A DNA stretch of 64,000 nucleotides from an uncultured delta proteobacterium (GCA_963708295.1 CAVPSJ010000017.1:448001-512000); one strand, 5' to 3'; counted from the stretch's first letter, positions 41,277 through 51,818 are shown. Numbers and translations: made by a program. Notes: generated by a model from the sequence alone, not told the origin.

Positions 41277-42593
41277 TTATTTCTTATACTTCTCGATGAC
41301 CCAAGGCGGTATTTTGTAGGAACCAATCCCTTTATACGTGATCTCGGGCGCCTCCGGGGTTGCCTTCCACTTGTTGGGCCAGACGCCCTTTAGCTCACCA
41401 TCCTGCCATTGGACACCCAAGCTGGTCAGATACCCCGGGCCCCATCTGAGTTCATGAAGGGGTCGTCCTTCGGCATCCTTCAAGTATGCCACGACGCCGG
41501 AAGGGGCCTGATGCACATCATTTTCCATAACGGCCACCAGTTTGTCAGGATCAAGGGTCCCAATTTTCTCGATCATCGGCGTCAGCGTGTACTTAATCGC
41601 CGCATAAGTATCCGCAGTGTAGGCCGGTGTCTCGCCAAATCTTTTGACATAGCCGTCCACAAATGGCTTTGTGAGTTCATTATACTCAACGCCACGAGCA
41701 TAGGTATTCGTCGTGAAAGCATAATTGCCCATCTTCTGAGTAGCCTGCCAGAAGCCATCCTTCTGGGCCTCCACATTGATGCCCACCAGGACAGCCGGGA
41801 TCTTGAGTTCCCCTGCCTGTCTGGCAAAGGGAATGCCCACCGAAGAAGAGAAGATCGTGAAAATGATATGGGCCCCTGTACGTTGGATAGCGGAAAGTTC
41901 GGCGGTGACATCCGTAGCCACCGGAGAGGGTCTCCAAACGCCAACCACCTCCATACCCAGCTTAGGGATGGTAGCCTCGGAAGCTGGAACCATCGCATCG
42001 GCCCATTGGGCCTTTTCCATGACGACGGCGACTTTTATTTTGGGGATGTCTAAGGATTGTTTCAACATGGCTCCAACTGTGGCCAAATGGATGAAGCTCG
42101 TTCGGACAAGAAATGTGGAATTGAAGGGGGAGCCCCGGAACCAATACTTGTAAGTGTTGTAGTTCTTGGCCACCCTGTTACAGAGCTCATCCGTGGCAGC
42201 CCCAACGCCGATAAAGATTTTCTTGTTCTCCATGGCAATGTCCTGCATCGGCAGGACCGCTTCGGTCCGGAAACCGCCAACAATGAAGTCTATTTTGTCC
42301 TTCGTGATGAGCCGCTCCATGGCATTCGTGGCATCCGTGACGTTGAGGAATTCGTTGGAATCCGTTTTAACGAGCTGGATTTTCATCTTTTTATTGCCAA
42401 CCTGGACGCCCCCTTTGGCATTCAGCTCCTCGGCAGCCATGGTTGCCCCATTCCAATGGCCTATCCCCTGCACAAATTGCATGGGTCCGATCACCCCGAT
42501 CTTAATGTCCTGGCCAAAGGATGCTGTGAAAGAAGCTACGCCGAAGAAGAAAGCCATTGCCAATATGAATATTCTTTTCTCCCACCTTTCCAT
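41277..42593 (-). CDS. livK: LIV-family periplasmic binding protein
   Basis: Signal peptide, IKIGVIGP, LNAKGG; AGGAGG RBS. Confidence 0.87.
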   Translation of the reverse strand: MERWEKRIFILAMAFFFGVASFTASFGQDIKIGVIGPMQFVQGIGHWNGATMAAEELNAKGGVQVGNKKMKIQLVKTDSNEFLNVTDATNAMERLITKDKIDFIVGGFRTEAVLPMQDIAMENKKIFIGVGAATDELCNRVAKNYNTYKYWFRGSPFNSTFLVRTSFIHLATVGAMLKQSLDIPKIKVAVVMEKAQWADAMVPASEATIPKLGMEVVGVWRPSPVATDVTAELSAIQRTGAHIIFTIFSSSVGIPFARQAGELKIPAVLVGINVEAQKDGFWQATQKMGNYAFTTNTYARGVEYNELTKPFVDGYVKRFGETPAYTADTYAAIKYTLTPMIEKIGTLDPDKLVAVMENDVHQAPSGVVAYLKDAEGRPLHELRWGPGYLTSLGVQWQDGELKGVWPNKWKATPEAPEITYKGIGSYKIPPWVIEKYKK

Positions 42594-42626
42594 TTGGAAC
42601 CCCTCCTTTTTTGAGATTTTCTAAAA

Positions 42627-42728
42627 TCTCTGATTACAAACGATTAAAAGCCGATTACACAGATTCGAAATTCATGGAGAATTCAGGAAAATCTGTGTCA
42701 TCCTCTTTTGAAATCTGTGGAATCGAGA
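42627..42728. repeat. GATTAC/ACAGATT-periodic fold-back element
   Basis: TCTCTGATTACAAACGATT..CCGATTACACAGATT...AATCTGTGTCATC..AATCTGTGGAATCGAGA. Confidence 0.7.
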
Positions 42729-42734
42729 AAGCTT

Positions 42735-44869
42735 TCAAGCTTTCCCGTAAAACGTCCGCCCGGAATCAACCATCTCCTTGATCAGTGGAGCGGGTTTAAA
42801 TCGGACTCCGTGCTCCTGTTCCATTTTCAAGAGATGAACATAGACATTGTGTATTCCCCAGGCATCGGCGTAGCGAAGAATGCCTCCCCGGTAGGGAGGA
42901 AACCCGGTTCCATAAATCATCGCCAAGTCCATGTCTTGTGGCCGATCGCAAATTCCCTCCTGGATCATATAAGCAGCTTCGTTGATGGCCCGGGCAAGCA
43001 TTCGATCCACGATCTCTTTGTAAGAGGACTTTTTGGGCTGGATCTTTTTCTCCTTCAAATATTTCTTGATCGCTTCATGGACTTTGGGATTGGGGACGGG
43101 TTTCTCTCCACTGTAATCGTACCAACCTGCTCCCGTCTTACGACCATAACATCCGGTCTGGTAAACGAGTTCGTAAATCGGCGAGGTCTTCCAGCGTTCC
43201 CCAAGAGATCTTTCAAAGTTTCTTATCACATGGTAGTTGATATCGATACCCGTCAGGTCGCCCAGAGTGGCCGGTCCCATGGGCAATCCAAAATCGACGA
43301 TCGCTTCTTCAATCAAAGCCACCCCCACTCCTTCGCCTATCAAGAAAGTGGACTCGCCCAAAAGACCCCCGAGTTGTCTCGACACGTAGAAACCAGGACC
43401 ATCGTTCACCACAATAGGCACCTTCCGTATCGCTCTCGCGAAGGCGACACTGGTGGCCAATGAACCATCGGACGTCTTCTTTCCGCAGATGATCTCCAGT
43501 AGTTGCATCCGCTCCGCAGGGTTGAAGAAGTGGAGTCCAATCATCCTGCCGGGATCTTTCAGGACAGAGGCCATTTCTGTAATGGGAAGGGCTGATGTAT
43601 TCGAGGCGAAGATAACCTCGGGCCGACAGATCTCCTCAAGATTCTTCCAAATCCCCTGCTTGATCTTCATATCCTCCAGGACCGCTTCGATGATGAGGTC
43701 AGCGCGCTTCAGGTCCTCAAGGGCGGTTGTGGTGGTGAGGTGATCACGGATCTTGCGGTCAAGGTCTTCCTGGGTCATCTTTCCTATTTTTATAGGATAG
43801 GCAAATGTCTTTCGGATGGCTGAGAGACCCTTCTGGATGGCTTCGTCATTAATATCCCAGAGAAGGGTCTCGAATCCATTGCTGAGCAGGAGGTTTGTGA
43901 TGCCGGAACCCATGGCTCCTCCCCCGAGCATGGCCACGGTCTTGATCTTTTGTGGATCCACTCCTTTGATCCTGGGGAGCTTGCCCGCAGCCCTGGTGTT
44001 GAGAAAAATTCCGATGAGGTTCTTGGCCACATCCGATACGGCACAATCACTGAAGAGCTCAGCCTCAATCTTTAGGTCGGCTTCGAAATTGTCAGACAAC
44101 CCACGCTCCATGGCCTCAATGGCTTTGAAAGGTGCAATATAGCCTTTGCCTTTTTTCTCTGCCTCTCCCCTGGCGTACGAGATAATCATTTTTTTCGTGA
44201 GGAAGTTTGGAAGAGCGATCCTTGCGCAGGTGAGTCATTCGATCCTCGGTGATTCAATTCTCCGGACATGAAGCGTTGTGCGACTTTCAAGGCCTTCTCT
44301 AACAAGACCTCTCGTGGCGCCACCTCATCGATGCATCCCTTCTTCATTCCTTCATCCGAAGAGATGGACTGGCCTGTTCCAATCATCTGGAGAGCATCCG
44401 GGAGCCCGACCAGCCGGGGAAGCCTCTGGGTTCCACCTGCCCCCGGAATTAAACCGATCTGAACCTCCGGTTGTCCCACCTGTATGCCCTGTGCTGCAAT
44501 TCGGTAGTGGCAAGCCATGGCGATTTCCATTCCCCCTCCAAGGCAGTTCCCATTCAGGGCAGCAATCACAGGCTTGGGGCCTTGCTCTATGGAATTGAGG
44601 AAGCGGTTGTTCTCCATGACCAGCGGGAGAAGAGAATCTCTGTCTGTCACCTTCTGAATCTCGGTGATGTCCGCACCTGCGATGAAGTTCTTCTCAGTCC
44701 CGGTGAGAATCACAGCCTTCACTTCATTGTCTCTGAAGGCGGCGGACAGGGCGTCTTTCATTTCCTCCTCAAATGGCTTAGAAAGTTGGTTGACGGGAGG
44801 ATTGTTTAAGGTCAGGATCGCTGCTCCTTGACTCAGCTCAACTTTAATCGTTTTGTAGTTGGATCTCAT
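42735..44869 (-). CDS. fadB: fatty acid oxidation complex alpha subunit (enoyl-CoA hydratase/3-hydroxyacyl-CoA dehydrogenase), frameshifted near 44190-44250
   Basis: N-terminal crotonase (FIAGADI, GGGMEIA, PGAGGTQRLPR) then GGGAMG, SNTS, HFFNP. Confidence 0.85.
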
Positions 44870-44894
44870 ATGTTCCCCCGTTCTGAGGTTCTTG

Positions 44895-44944
44895 TCCCCT
44901 CACCCCTCCCTCTCCCCGCTGGGGAGAGGGAGGGGGTGAGGGGA
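44895..44944. repeat. near-perfect CCCCTCACCC...GGGTGAGGGG hairpin
   Basis: TCCCCTCACCCCTCCCTCTCCCC-GCT-GGGGAGAGGGAGGGGGTGAGGGGA. Confidence 0.8.
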
Positions 44945-44976
44945 AAGTTCAAATATCTTGGTTAGAGCTTAGAGTT

Positions 44977-46188
44977 CTATGTTTCTCTTTCAATGAGGGT
45001 GGCCACCCCCTGTCCACCGCCGACGCAAGCGTTGGCAAGACCGTAGCGTCCACCCTTGACTTTCAAGATCCGGGCCAGGGTTCCTACGAGACGGACTCCC
45101 GTGGCTCCCAAGGCATGGCCGATGGCCGTACCTCCTCCCATCACATTCACTCGATCCGGATCGATACCCAACTCCTTGATGCAGTTCAAAGCTACGATGG
45201 CGAAGGCCTCGTTGATCTCCCAGTAATCGATGTCTTTCACCTGCAAACCCGCCTTCTCTAAGGCCATACGGCTTGCGGGGACAGGACCCACGCCCATGAG
45301 GGTGGGGTCCACTCCTGCGAATCCCATGGACCGGAGGGTCGCCATGGGGCGGATTCCCTTTTTCTTGGCGGTTTCCTTGGACATCAGGATCAACGAGGCT
45401 GCCGCGGCATTGAGCGGGGAAGAGTTCCCCGCCGTGATCACCCCATCCGGTTTGAAGGCTGGCTTAAGATCCTTCATCCCTTCCAGTGTTGCGTCATCCC
45501 GAACGGCTTGGTCTCGATCCACGACCAAACCCTTCCCATCGGCTTGCTCGGCTTCGATAGGGAAGATTTCTTCTTTGAAAAACCCTTCTTTGTAAGCTTT
45601 GGAGGCCAGTTGGTGGGAGTGAGTTCCCCAGCGATCCATATCTTCCTTGGAAAATCCCCGCAGCGTAAAAAGCTTTTCCGCAGTGAGCCCCATATTTGTA
45701 CTCGTCATCATGTCCCAGTGCTTGTAAATCGGTTCTGTAAAAAAACGCTTGTTCAATGAGATATGTCCCTTTTCGGCCATTGCGCCCATGGGGACTCGGG
45801 TCATATGCTCCATCCCCCCGACCATCACGATGTCTGCAAAACCGGACGCAATCTCCAGAAAGCCGAAGTGGATACAGGCCATCCCGGACCCACACTGTTG
45901 ATCAACAAATTTTGCCGGGATCTTTACTGGCAGGTTAGCCAGGAAGATCGGGAATCGACCTCCATAACTCCATTGCTCGGTGACGCCATAAGCAGACCCC
46001 ACAATAAAATCATCGATCTCCTCCGCCCGAATCCCGGTCCGTTTGATCACCTCCGGAAGGAGCTTGGCCAGAAGTTCATCCGCCCTGAGCTTGTGGAACC
46101 AGTCTCGAGCCGGGTCATTGGGCCTGGACCTGGATTGGGCAGTTCTCAAATATCCGGCAATGACTACTTCCCTCATTGTTTTTTCCAT
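44977..46188 (-). CDS. thiolase (acetyl-CoA C-acyltransferase)
   Basis: QQCGSG, NEAF, GHALGA, CVGGG. Confidence 0.92.
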   Translation of the reverse strand: MEKTMREVVIAGYLRTAQSRSRPNDPARDWFHKLRADELLAKLLPEVIKRTGIRAEEIDDFIVGSAYGVTEQWSYGGRFPIFLANLPVKIPAKFVDQQCGSGMACIHFGFLEIASGFADIVMVGGMEHMTRVPMGAMAEKGHISLNKRFFTEPIYKHWDMMTSTNMGLTAEKLFTLRGFSKEDMDRWGTHSHQLASKAYKEGFFKEEIFPIEAEQADGKGLVVDRDQAVRDDATLEGMKDLKPAFKPDGVITAGNSSPLNAAAASLILMSKETAKKKGIRPMATLRSMGFAGVDPTLMGVGPVPASRMALEKAGLQVKDIDYWEINEAFAIVALNCIKELGIDPDRVNVMGGGTAIGHALGATGVRLVGTLARILKVKGGRYGLANACVGGGQGVATLIERET

Positions 46189-46273
46189 CCTTCTCTTTCT
46201 CCTGTTCTTTGTTTTTTTTTCAAAGAGGGCGACAAGCGATCAGCCGTAACCCATGAGGCCCGAGCTCATTTTT

Positions 46274-47728
46274 CTAAGAGTTGATATCCAGAAGCCCCTT
46301 CACCCGGCTGATTTTGCTTTCAATCTCTCCTTGACGTCCAATCATGATACGCTGGGCCATCGGCGAACCGGCTCCATGAACAGACTCAATCAGATAAGCA
46401 ACGGCACCTGCACCCGCAACGATGTTTTCAATCAAACGTAAAACCTTCATCCGATCCACCACATCCACGCCTTTGGCTGCCGCTAAGTATTTTTTGATAT
46501 AGGGCCCTGCGACCGGGTCGTCCAGGTCTTTGGCTGAAGGCATGGTTCCAATCAACCCGCCGGCAATATCCGTGGCCAAACGAGCCATCTCAAAAGGAAA
46601 ACGGGTCACATTCAGCTTGCAGACATTGGCCAAGAGCATATCCACTTCATAATTTCCAGCTTTCGTCGGGTGTCCCAAGGCCGAGCAAGCAATGCCGCAA
46701 GCGAACATTGTTTCGTTGAGGTGAATCATCTCGACGATTTTGTCCCGGATGTGGGAAGCACCTTCCACTCCGTTCATCCGGGCGATCAGGGCCGTGGCCC
46801 CGATGAGAACGTCGCCGACTCCAACCTTGCATCCCCCATAACTCTGGCGGTGGTAGGCTGCAAAGCGTTCGACCAGTCGACCCGACAGGTCGACTTCTCC
46901 ATTGAGAAAGATGCGTTCCTCCGGGATAAACACATCTTCAAAAACGGTCATCACCTCCTGGCCGCCAAAAGCAGGATTGCCGATATCCAGCCGGCTGGGT
47001 TCCTCCAGCTTTCGCGTGTCACTCGCTTGTCGTCCGTAGATATGCTTAATGCCCCTTGTATTGGTTGGAACGGCAAAACAGATAGCCCAATCCTCCTCCT
47101 TCGGAATCAAGTTTGTCGTGGGCATGACGATGATTTCATGGGAGTTGATCATTCCCGTTTGATGTAGTTTGGCACCACGGACCACCACGCCACTGCGTTT
47201 CCTTTCCACAACTCGCAGGAAAAGATCCGGGTCTGACTGGTCCTTGGGTCGCTTCCCCCGGTCACCCTTTGGATCGGTCATGGCTCCATCGACCACTAAA
47301 TCATCGAGCTGGATCCGCGTCCAATATTCTCGAAAACGTTTATGGTAATTCGTGCCATGTTCCTGATCGCATTCGTAGGTAACACTGAAGACCGCATTGG
47401 CTGCATCCAAACCCACACATCGTTGGAAACAACATGCCGTGATGTTTCCACAGGTCCTCTGCATCATCACTTTTTTTACCAGGTCTTGGGGGCTCTGGTG
47501 CAAATGGGTAAAACGATTGATCTCTTCGCCAGATAACGAAGACCTCACCCGGAAGAGGTCTCGAGTCTCTTTGCTATAGGCACAGTCGAACGTCGACGCC
47601 ACAGCACGAACCGAGGGTGTCACCAATGGGTGATCGGGCAAGTCTCGCGTTTTCTCACCCATGATATTCGCCTCCAGCCCAAGAGACTTGAGGGAAGCGA
47701 TGTATTCGTCTCCTTTTTTGAGTGCCAT
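46274..47728 (-). CDS. abfD: 4-hydroxybutyryl-CoA dehydratase/vinylacetyl-CoA isomerase
   Basis: CFQRC, MTDPKGDR, GGQE, HRQSYGGCK, ESVHGAGSP; all cluster ligands and catalytic Glu present. Confidence 0.9.
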   Translation of the reverse strand: MALKKGDEYIASLKSLGLEANIMGEKTRDLPDHPLVTPSVRAVASTFDCAYSKETRDLFRVRSSLSGEEINRFTHLHQSPQDLVKKVMMQRTCGNITACCFQRCVGLDAANAVFSVTYECDQEHGTNYHKRFREYWTRIQLDDLVVDGAMTDPKGDRGKRPKDQSDPDLFLRVVERKRSGVVVRGAKLHQTGMINSHEIIVMPTTNLIPKEEDWAICFAVPTNTRGIKHIYGRQASDTRKLEEPSRLDIGNPAFGGQEVMTVFEDVFIPEERIFLNGEVDLSGRLVERFAAYHRQSYGGCKVGVGDVLIGATALIARMNGVEGASHIRDKIVEMIHLNETMFACGIACSALGHPTKAGNYEVDMLLANVCKLNVTRFPFEMARLATDIAGGLIGTMPSAKDLDDPVAGPYIKKYLAAAKGVDVVDRMKVLRLIENIVAGAGAVAYLIESVHGAGSPMAQRIMIGRQGEIESKISRVKGLLDINS

Positions 47729-47919
47729 TTCTGATTCCTCTCCGTTTTCTATCTTATCGCTACGACCGAACAAATGCCCGGCGCGACGTATAATCACTTA
47801 AGGAGCTGCGGCAGCAGACAAACAGTTTCAAAATTCAAATACCCGGGTGTCTACCCCAGTCGTTTTGGTCTGTTTCAAATTTAGAATTTTGGTCCTTCGG
47901 ATTACCTGAAAAATACCTT

Positions 47920-48010
47920 CCTCTCCCCCGGTGGGAGAGGATTGAGGTGAGGGGGGAATAGTTCCAGCGACTCACCCTCACCCTCCCCCTCTCCCATCAA
48001 GGGAGAGGGG
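47920..48010. repeat. paired CCTCTCCC...GGGAGAGG hairpin element
   Basis: CCTCTCCCCCGGTGGGAGAGG..GGTGAGGGGG ... CCCTCACCCTCCCCCTCTCCCATCAAGGGAGAGGGG. Confidence 0.75.
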
Positions 48011-48092
48011 AGTGAAATCAAATTTAATGATTCTTAGCTGACGAACCCGTCATGTAATATTTATTTCGAACTTGGGATGTCCAAATTATTCT

Positions 48093-49877
48093 TCAAAATG
48101 GATATCTCCCTATTTTAATCACAGAGTCTGCGATCTCCCGTCTCAAGGCGATTGTGTTCACAGGTTCAAAACGGGTCAGTTTCTTGAGCGCAGAGAATTG
48201 TGTCCTGAGGGTGTCACCCTCGGCAATGGCAGCGAAGGCCTGTTTCGCAAGATCTTGCACACGCCCAAAGCCATCATTGACGTGAACCTTGACCATGGCT
48301 TTCTGAATCCCAGACTTTTCGTCGCCAGACTTCTCGAGGGTCTTCATCGCTCTAAGGAGGCCGCTTTCCATGGCGAAGACCTCAATGACAATATTACTGA
48401 TCAACGCCACGATGTCCTCTTGCTCTGGGTCTCCCAACTTCATCATATACTTCTGAACGGCAGCCCCAGCGACCAAAAGGCCGATCTTCTTTGACATCTC
48501 CACCATCTCCGCCTGCAGGGTGAGTTTCCCGTCATCCATCTCTACTTTGGGCCGAAGGGTGAGAAGCTCGCTGGCCACTTTCTGGGCTGCCGCGAGCACA
48601 GGGAGACGATTCTTCATTGCCCTTCTCGTCAACATGTCCACGATCAGCAGACGATTGATCTCGTTCGTCCCTTCCCAGATCCGGTTAATCCGCTCGTCCC
48701 TGTAACCCCGCTCAACCGGATAGTCATGAATGTACCCGTAGCCTCCGTGGATCTGAACGGCTTCATCGACCACATAGCCCGCCATCTCCGAGCAGTAGAC
48801 CTTGTTGATCGAGTCTTCTATATTGTACTCCTCAATTCCCCTTGCCATCTGGATCCCAACATCTTCAGCGTGGCGGTCGATGCGTCGGAGGATCCGGTCC
48901 GTCAGACCGCCTGTTCGGTAAACCATGCTCTCCGAAATGAACGTCCGGATCGCCATCTCCGCAATCTTGTATTTGATCAGGCCGAACTCGGCAATGGGCC
49001 TTCCGAACTGGACCCTCTTCTTGGCATAAGTGACTGCCTCTTGCAGGGCACTCTTTGCCCCTCCCAGACAGCCCGCGCCCAAGCTGAAACGGGCAATATT
49101 CAGGACATTCAACGCGACGATGTGGCCCCTTCCAACCTCTCCAAGAACATTCTCCACAGGCACCTTGACATCGGAGTAGATCACGCCTCGAGTGGAGGAG
49201 CCCTTCACCCCCATCTTATTCTCTTCCTCATCCAGAGACACGCCTTCGAAATTTCGCTCGACGATGAAAGAGGTGAATTTGTCCCCATCCACTTTGGCAT
49301 AGGTGACGAAGGTACCTGCAAACCCGGCATTGGTGATGAATTGTTTCTGACCGTTTAAAATATAGTATTTTCTGTCCGGACTGAGGATGGCCGTGGTCTT
49401 TGAGTTCAGGGCATCCGAGCCAGCTTCGGGTTCTGTCAGGGCGTAGGCCCCGAGGATCTCTCCTGTGGCCATCTTGGGCAGATAACGTTTCTTCTGGTCT
49501 TGGGTGCCAAAGAAGACAATGGGAAGCGAACCAATCCCGGTATGAGCCCCGAAGGAGGACATGAAGGAACCTCCTCCCTGGGCCATCTTCTCCCAGACAA
49601 GGAGGGAACTCACCTTATCCAAATCCTGTCCCCCATACTCTTCTGGAATGTCCGCGGAAAGGAACCCGAGCTCCCCGGCTTTCCTGAGAAGGCTTGGCAG
49701 GAGCCCTTCCTTCTTCTCTTCAATATCGTCGGCCACGGGCTGAATTTCACCCACCACAAATTCGGTCACGGCCTTCGCGACCAACCGCTGTTCTTCGTTA
49801 AAGTCCTCGGGCGTAAAAATTGCCTGAGGGGAAATCGATTCAACCAGAAACGCTCCGCCCTTGACAAACTCCTCCAT
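48093..49877 (-). CDS. fadE: acyl-CoA dehydrogenase, close paralog of 28513-30291
   Basis: YALTEPEAGSDA, QIHGGYGY, RIWEGTNEI; colinear with the paralog. Confidence 0.92.
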   Translation of the reverse strand: MEEFVKGGAFLVESISPQAIFTPEDFNEEQRLVAKAVTEFVVGEIQPVADDIEEKKEGLLPSLLRKAGELGFLSADIPEEYGGQDLDKVSSLLVWEKMAQGGGSFMSSFGAHTGIGSLPIVFFGTQDQKKRYLPKMATGEILGAYALTEPEAGSDALNSKTTAILSPDRKYYILNGQKQFITNAGFAGTFVTYAKVDGDKFTSFIVERNFEGVSLDEEENKMGVKGSSTRGVIYSDVKVPVENVLGEVGRGHIVALNVLNIARFSLGAGCLGGAKSALQEAVTYAKKRVQFGRPIAEFGLIKYKIAEMAIRTFISESMVYRTGGLTDRILRRIDRHAEDVGIQMARGIEEYNIEDSINKVYCSEMAGYVVDEAVQIHGGYGYIHDYPVERGYRDERINRIWEGTNEINRLLIVDMLTRRAMKNRLPVLAAAQKVASELLTLRPKVEMDDGKLTLQAEMVEMSKKIGLLVAGAAVQKYMMKLGDPEQEDIVALISNIVIEVFAMESGLLRAMKTLEKSGDEKSGIQKAMVKVHVNDGFGRVQDLAKQAFAAIAEGDTLRTQFSALKKLTRFEPVNTIALRREIADSVIKIGRYPF

Positions 49878-49897
49878 AGCGATCTCCTTTCAAAAGG

Positions 49898-50005
49898 ATC
49901 ATTGAAAATTGAAAAATTAGCATTGCAAAATTAGCATTTAAAATCTCTCTGTTGTTTAATCTCCAATGCTAATTGCTAAATTTGCAATTTTCATTTCGCA
50001 ATGAT
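49898..50005. repeat. 7-nt-periodic (TGAAAAT/TTAGCA) fold-back element
   Basis: ATCATTGAAAATTGAAAAATTAGCATTGCAAAATTAGCATT...AATGCTAATTGCTAAATTTGCAATTTTCATTTCGCAATGAT. Confidence 0.75.
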
Positions 50006-50046
50006 GTTTTTCAAGATACCTTACCGAGAACATCAGAGCGGTGCGC

Positions 50047-50655
50047 TTAATTTCTCATCCCCTCGCCCCGAAGGCCATTGAAGGCAAATTGAAATATGAA
50101 ATCTGCCAGGTCACTGACCGACCTCTCTTTTTTTGGGTGGAACCAGATTCTGGTTCGGGTGATCATGGAGGCAATCATAAAGCCGGCTAACTTCACATCC
50201 ACTTCAGGTAAATAACCGGCATCAATGCCTCTCCGAATGACTTTTCGAATAATCCGGTCATAGGTGTCCCGAAGATCTATGATTTTTTTTCTTTTCTCGG
50301 GTGAGAGACTATCGAGGGCAACGTCAAAAAGCAGCTTAGCAGATCTCCTGTAACTCAGCGTCACTTCTAAATGACTTTCAATAATGAACCTCAACTGCTC
50401 AATGGGACTGGTATCCACTTCCTCTTCCATATGCTTAATAGGAGCAATGATCTGTTCCATTTCTTCCCGAAGCACTTCGAAAAGGATTTCTTCTTTGTCG
50501 GCGAAGAAATTATAGATATTGGCTGGCCTACAGCCATAGGAAATGCCTATGTCGCGCATACTTGCGGCTTGATAGCCTTTTTCCCAGAAAAGCTTTCGCG
50601 CTGTTTCCAGCATCTTCGCTTTTTGAAGACCGGGTTTAACTTTCCCTCTTATCAT
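50047..50655 (-). CDS. TetR/AcrR family regulator (KstR2-like C-terminus)
   Basis: LFWEKGYQAASMRDIG...IYNFFADKE HTH; WFHP near the C-terminus. Confidence 0.9.
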   Translation of the reverse strand: MIRGKVKPGLQKAKMLETARKLFWEKGYQAASMRDIGISYGCRPANIYNFFADKEEILFEVLREEMEQIIAPIKHMEEEVDTSPIEQLRFIIESHLEVTLSYRRSAKLLFDVALDSLSPEKRKKIIDLRDTYDRIIRKVIRRGIDAGYLPEVDVKLAGFMIASMITRTRIWFHPKKERSVSDLADFIFQFAFNGLRGEGMRN

Positions 50656-50732
50656 CCAGACCGAACCTTTTCTGAGAAATAAGATCCTGCGAAACTGGGG
50701 GACTCTGTCGATAGAGTATCCTGATCCTTTAT

Positions 50733-50779
50733 ATTAATGAACGGCCATTAATCTACTACACCAAATTCAAAGTTGTCAA
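50733..50779 (-). promoter_or_regulatory. promoter with palindromic operator upstream of the TetR gene
   Basis: Minus-strand TTGACA (50779-74), TAGATT (50755-50); inverted repeat ATTAATG-AACGGC-CATTAAT (50733-50752). Confidence 0.6.
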
Positions 50780-50868
50780 GCAGAAAATTCTAATCCCAAT
50801 TTGCTTCAGAAGGAATATGATTTTGGAATACGATACTTCGCCCTGAACGGGCGCAGCATGTCGAGCAC

Positions 50869-51756
50869 CTACCGATTGTCCTTATTTTCCCAGGGCAGGC
50901 GTTTCCCTTCGGGGGAGTATCTGTAAAATCCCTTTCCGGCTTTCCTGCCCAGCCGACCTTGGCTCACCATGCGTTCCATCAGGTTTGAGTTCGGGGCAAG
51001 GTGGACCGCCCCCAGGGCTTTCATGGTTTGTCCAACCCGGGCACAGGTATCCAAACCGGCGTTATCAGCGATTTCGAAGGGACCGGCATTCCAGCCATAG
51101 CCGAGCCGCATGCCCACATCCACATCTTCCGGCGTGGCGATTCCCTCGTCAACCAAGTCTACGGCTTCACGCAAGGCAGCGGAGAAAATCCGATTCATCA
51201 CAAAGCCAGGGAGATCTCGCTGCACTCGAACCGGGGTTTTCCCCAGGGATTGAACAAAGGCCACGCCCCGCTCGAAGATCTCCGGGGAAGTCTTTTCTCC
51301 TTTGACCACTTCCACCAATCCCATTAGTGGCACAGGCCCAAAGAAATGTAACCCAAGCACCCTCTCCGGTCGACTCGTATTTTCAGCGAGGCGGGTGACG
51401 GGGATGGAAGAGGTATTCGTGGCCAGAGGGGTCTCTGGTCTGGAAATCCTGTCCAGCTCCTGAAAAATTCCACGTTTCAGCTCCTCTGCCTCCAGGGCCG
51501 CTTCGATGACCCAGTCCACCTCGGATGCACTGGATAGATCTTTTTCAAGTGAAATCCGTGCAAGGACGTTCTGGGAGGGTTCCTTGAGAACACCCTTGGC
51601 GGCCAATTTTTCTACGGACCAGCGAATATCTTTGAGCGCCCTGTCCGTGATTGTGCTCTGGATATCCATCAGATGAACCCGGTATCCGGCTTGGGCCGAT
51701 ACCTGTGCAATTCCCGAGCCCATAAATCCTGCGCCCACAATCAAGACCTTCTCCAT
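50869..51756 (-). CDS. hbd: 3-hydroxybutyryl-CoA (3-hydroxyacyl-CoA) dehydrogenase
   Basis: GAGFMGSGIA, TNTSS, HFFGP, PGFVMNR, LGRKAGKGFY. Confidence 0.9.
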   Translation of the reverse strand: MEKVLIVGAGFMGSGIAQVSAQAGYRVHLMDIQSTITDRALKDIRWSVEKLAAKGVLKEPSQNVLARISLEKDLSSASEVDWVIEAALEAEELKRGIFQELDRISRPETPLATNTSSIPVTRLAENTSRPERVLGLHFFGPVPLMGLVEVVKGEKTSPEIFERGVAFVQSLGKTPVRVQRDLPGFVMNRIFSAALREAVDLVDEGIATPEDVDVGMRLGYGWNAGPFEIADNAGLDTCARVGQTMKALGAVHLAPNSNLMERMVSQGRLGRKAGKGFYRYSPEGKRLPWENKDNR

Positions 51757-51818
51757 AAAGTTTATTCCCTCAATCGAGTGAAGTGTCCCCAACATCTCTA
51801 AAAAGTGATCTGAGAATC

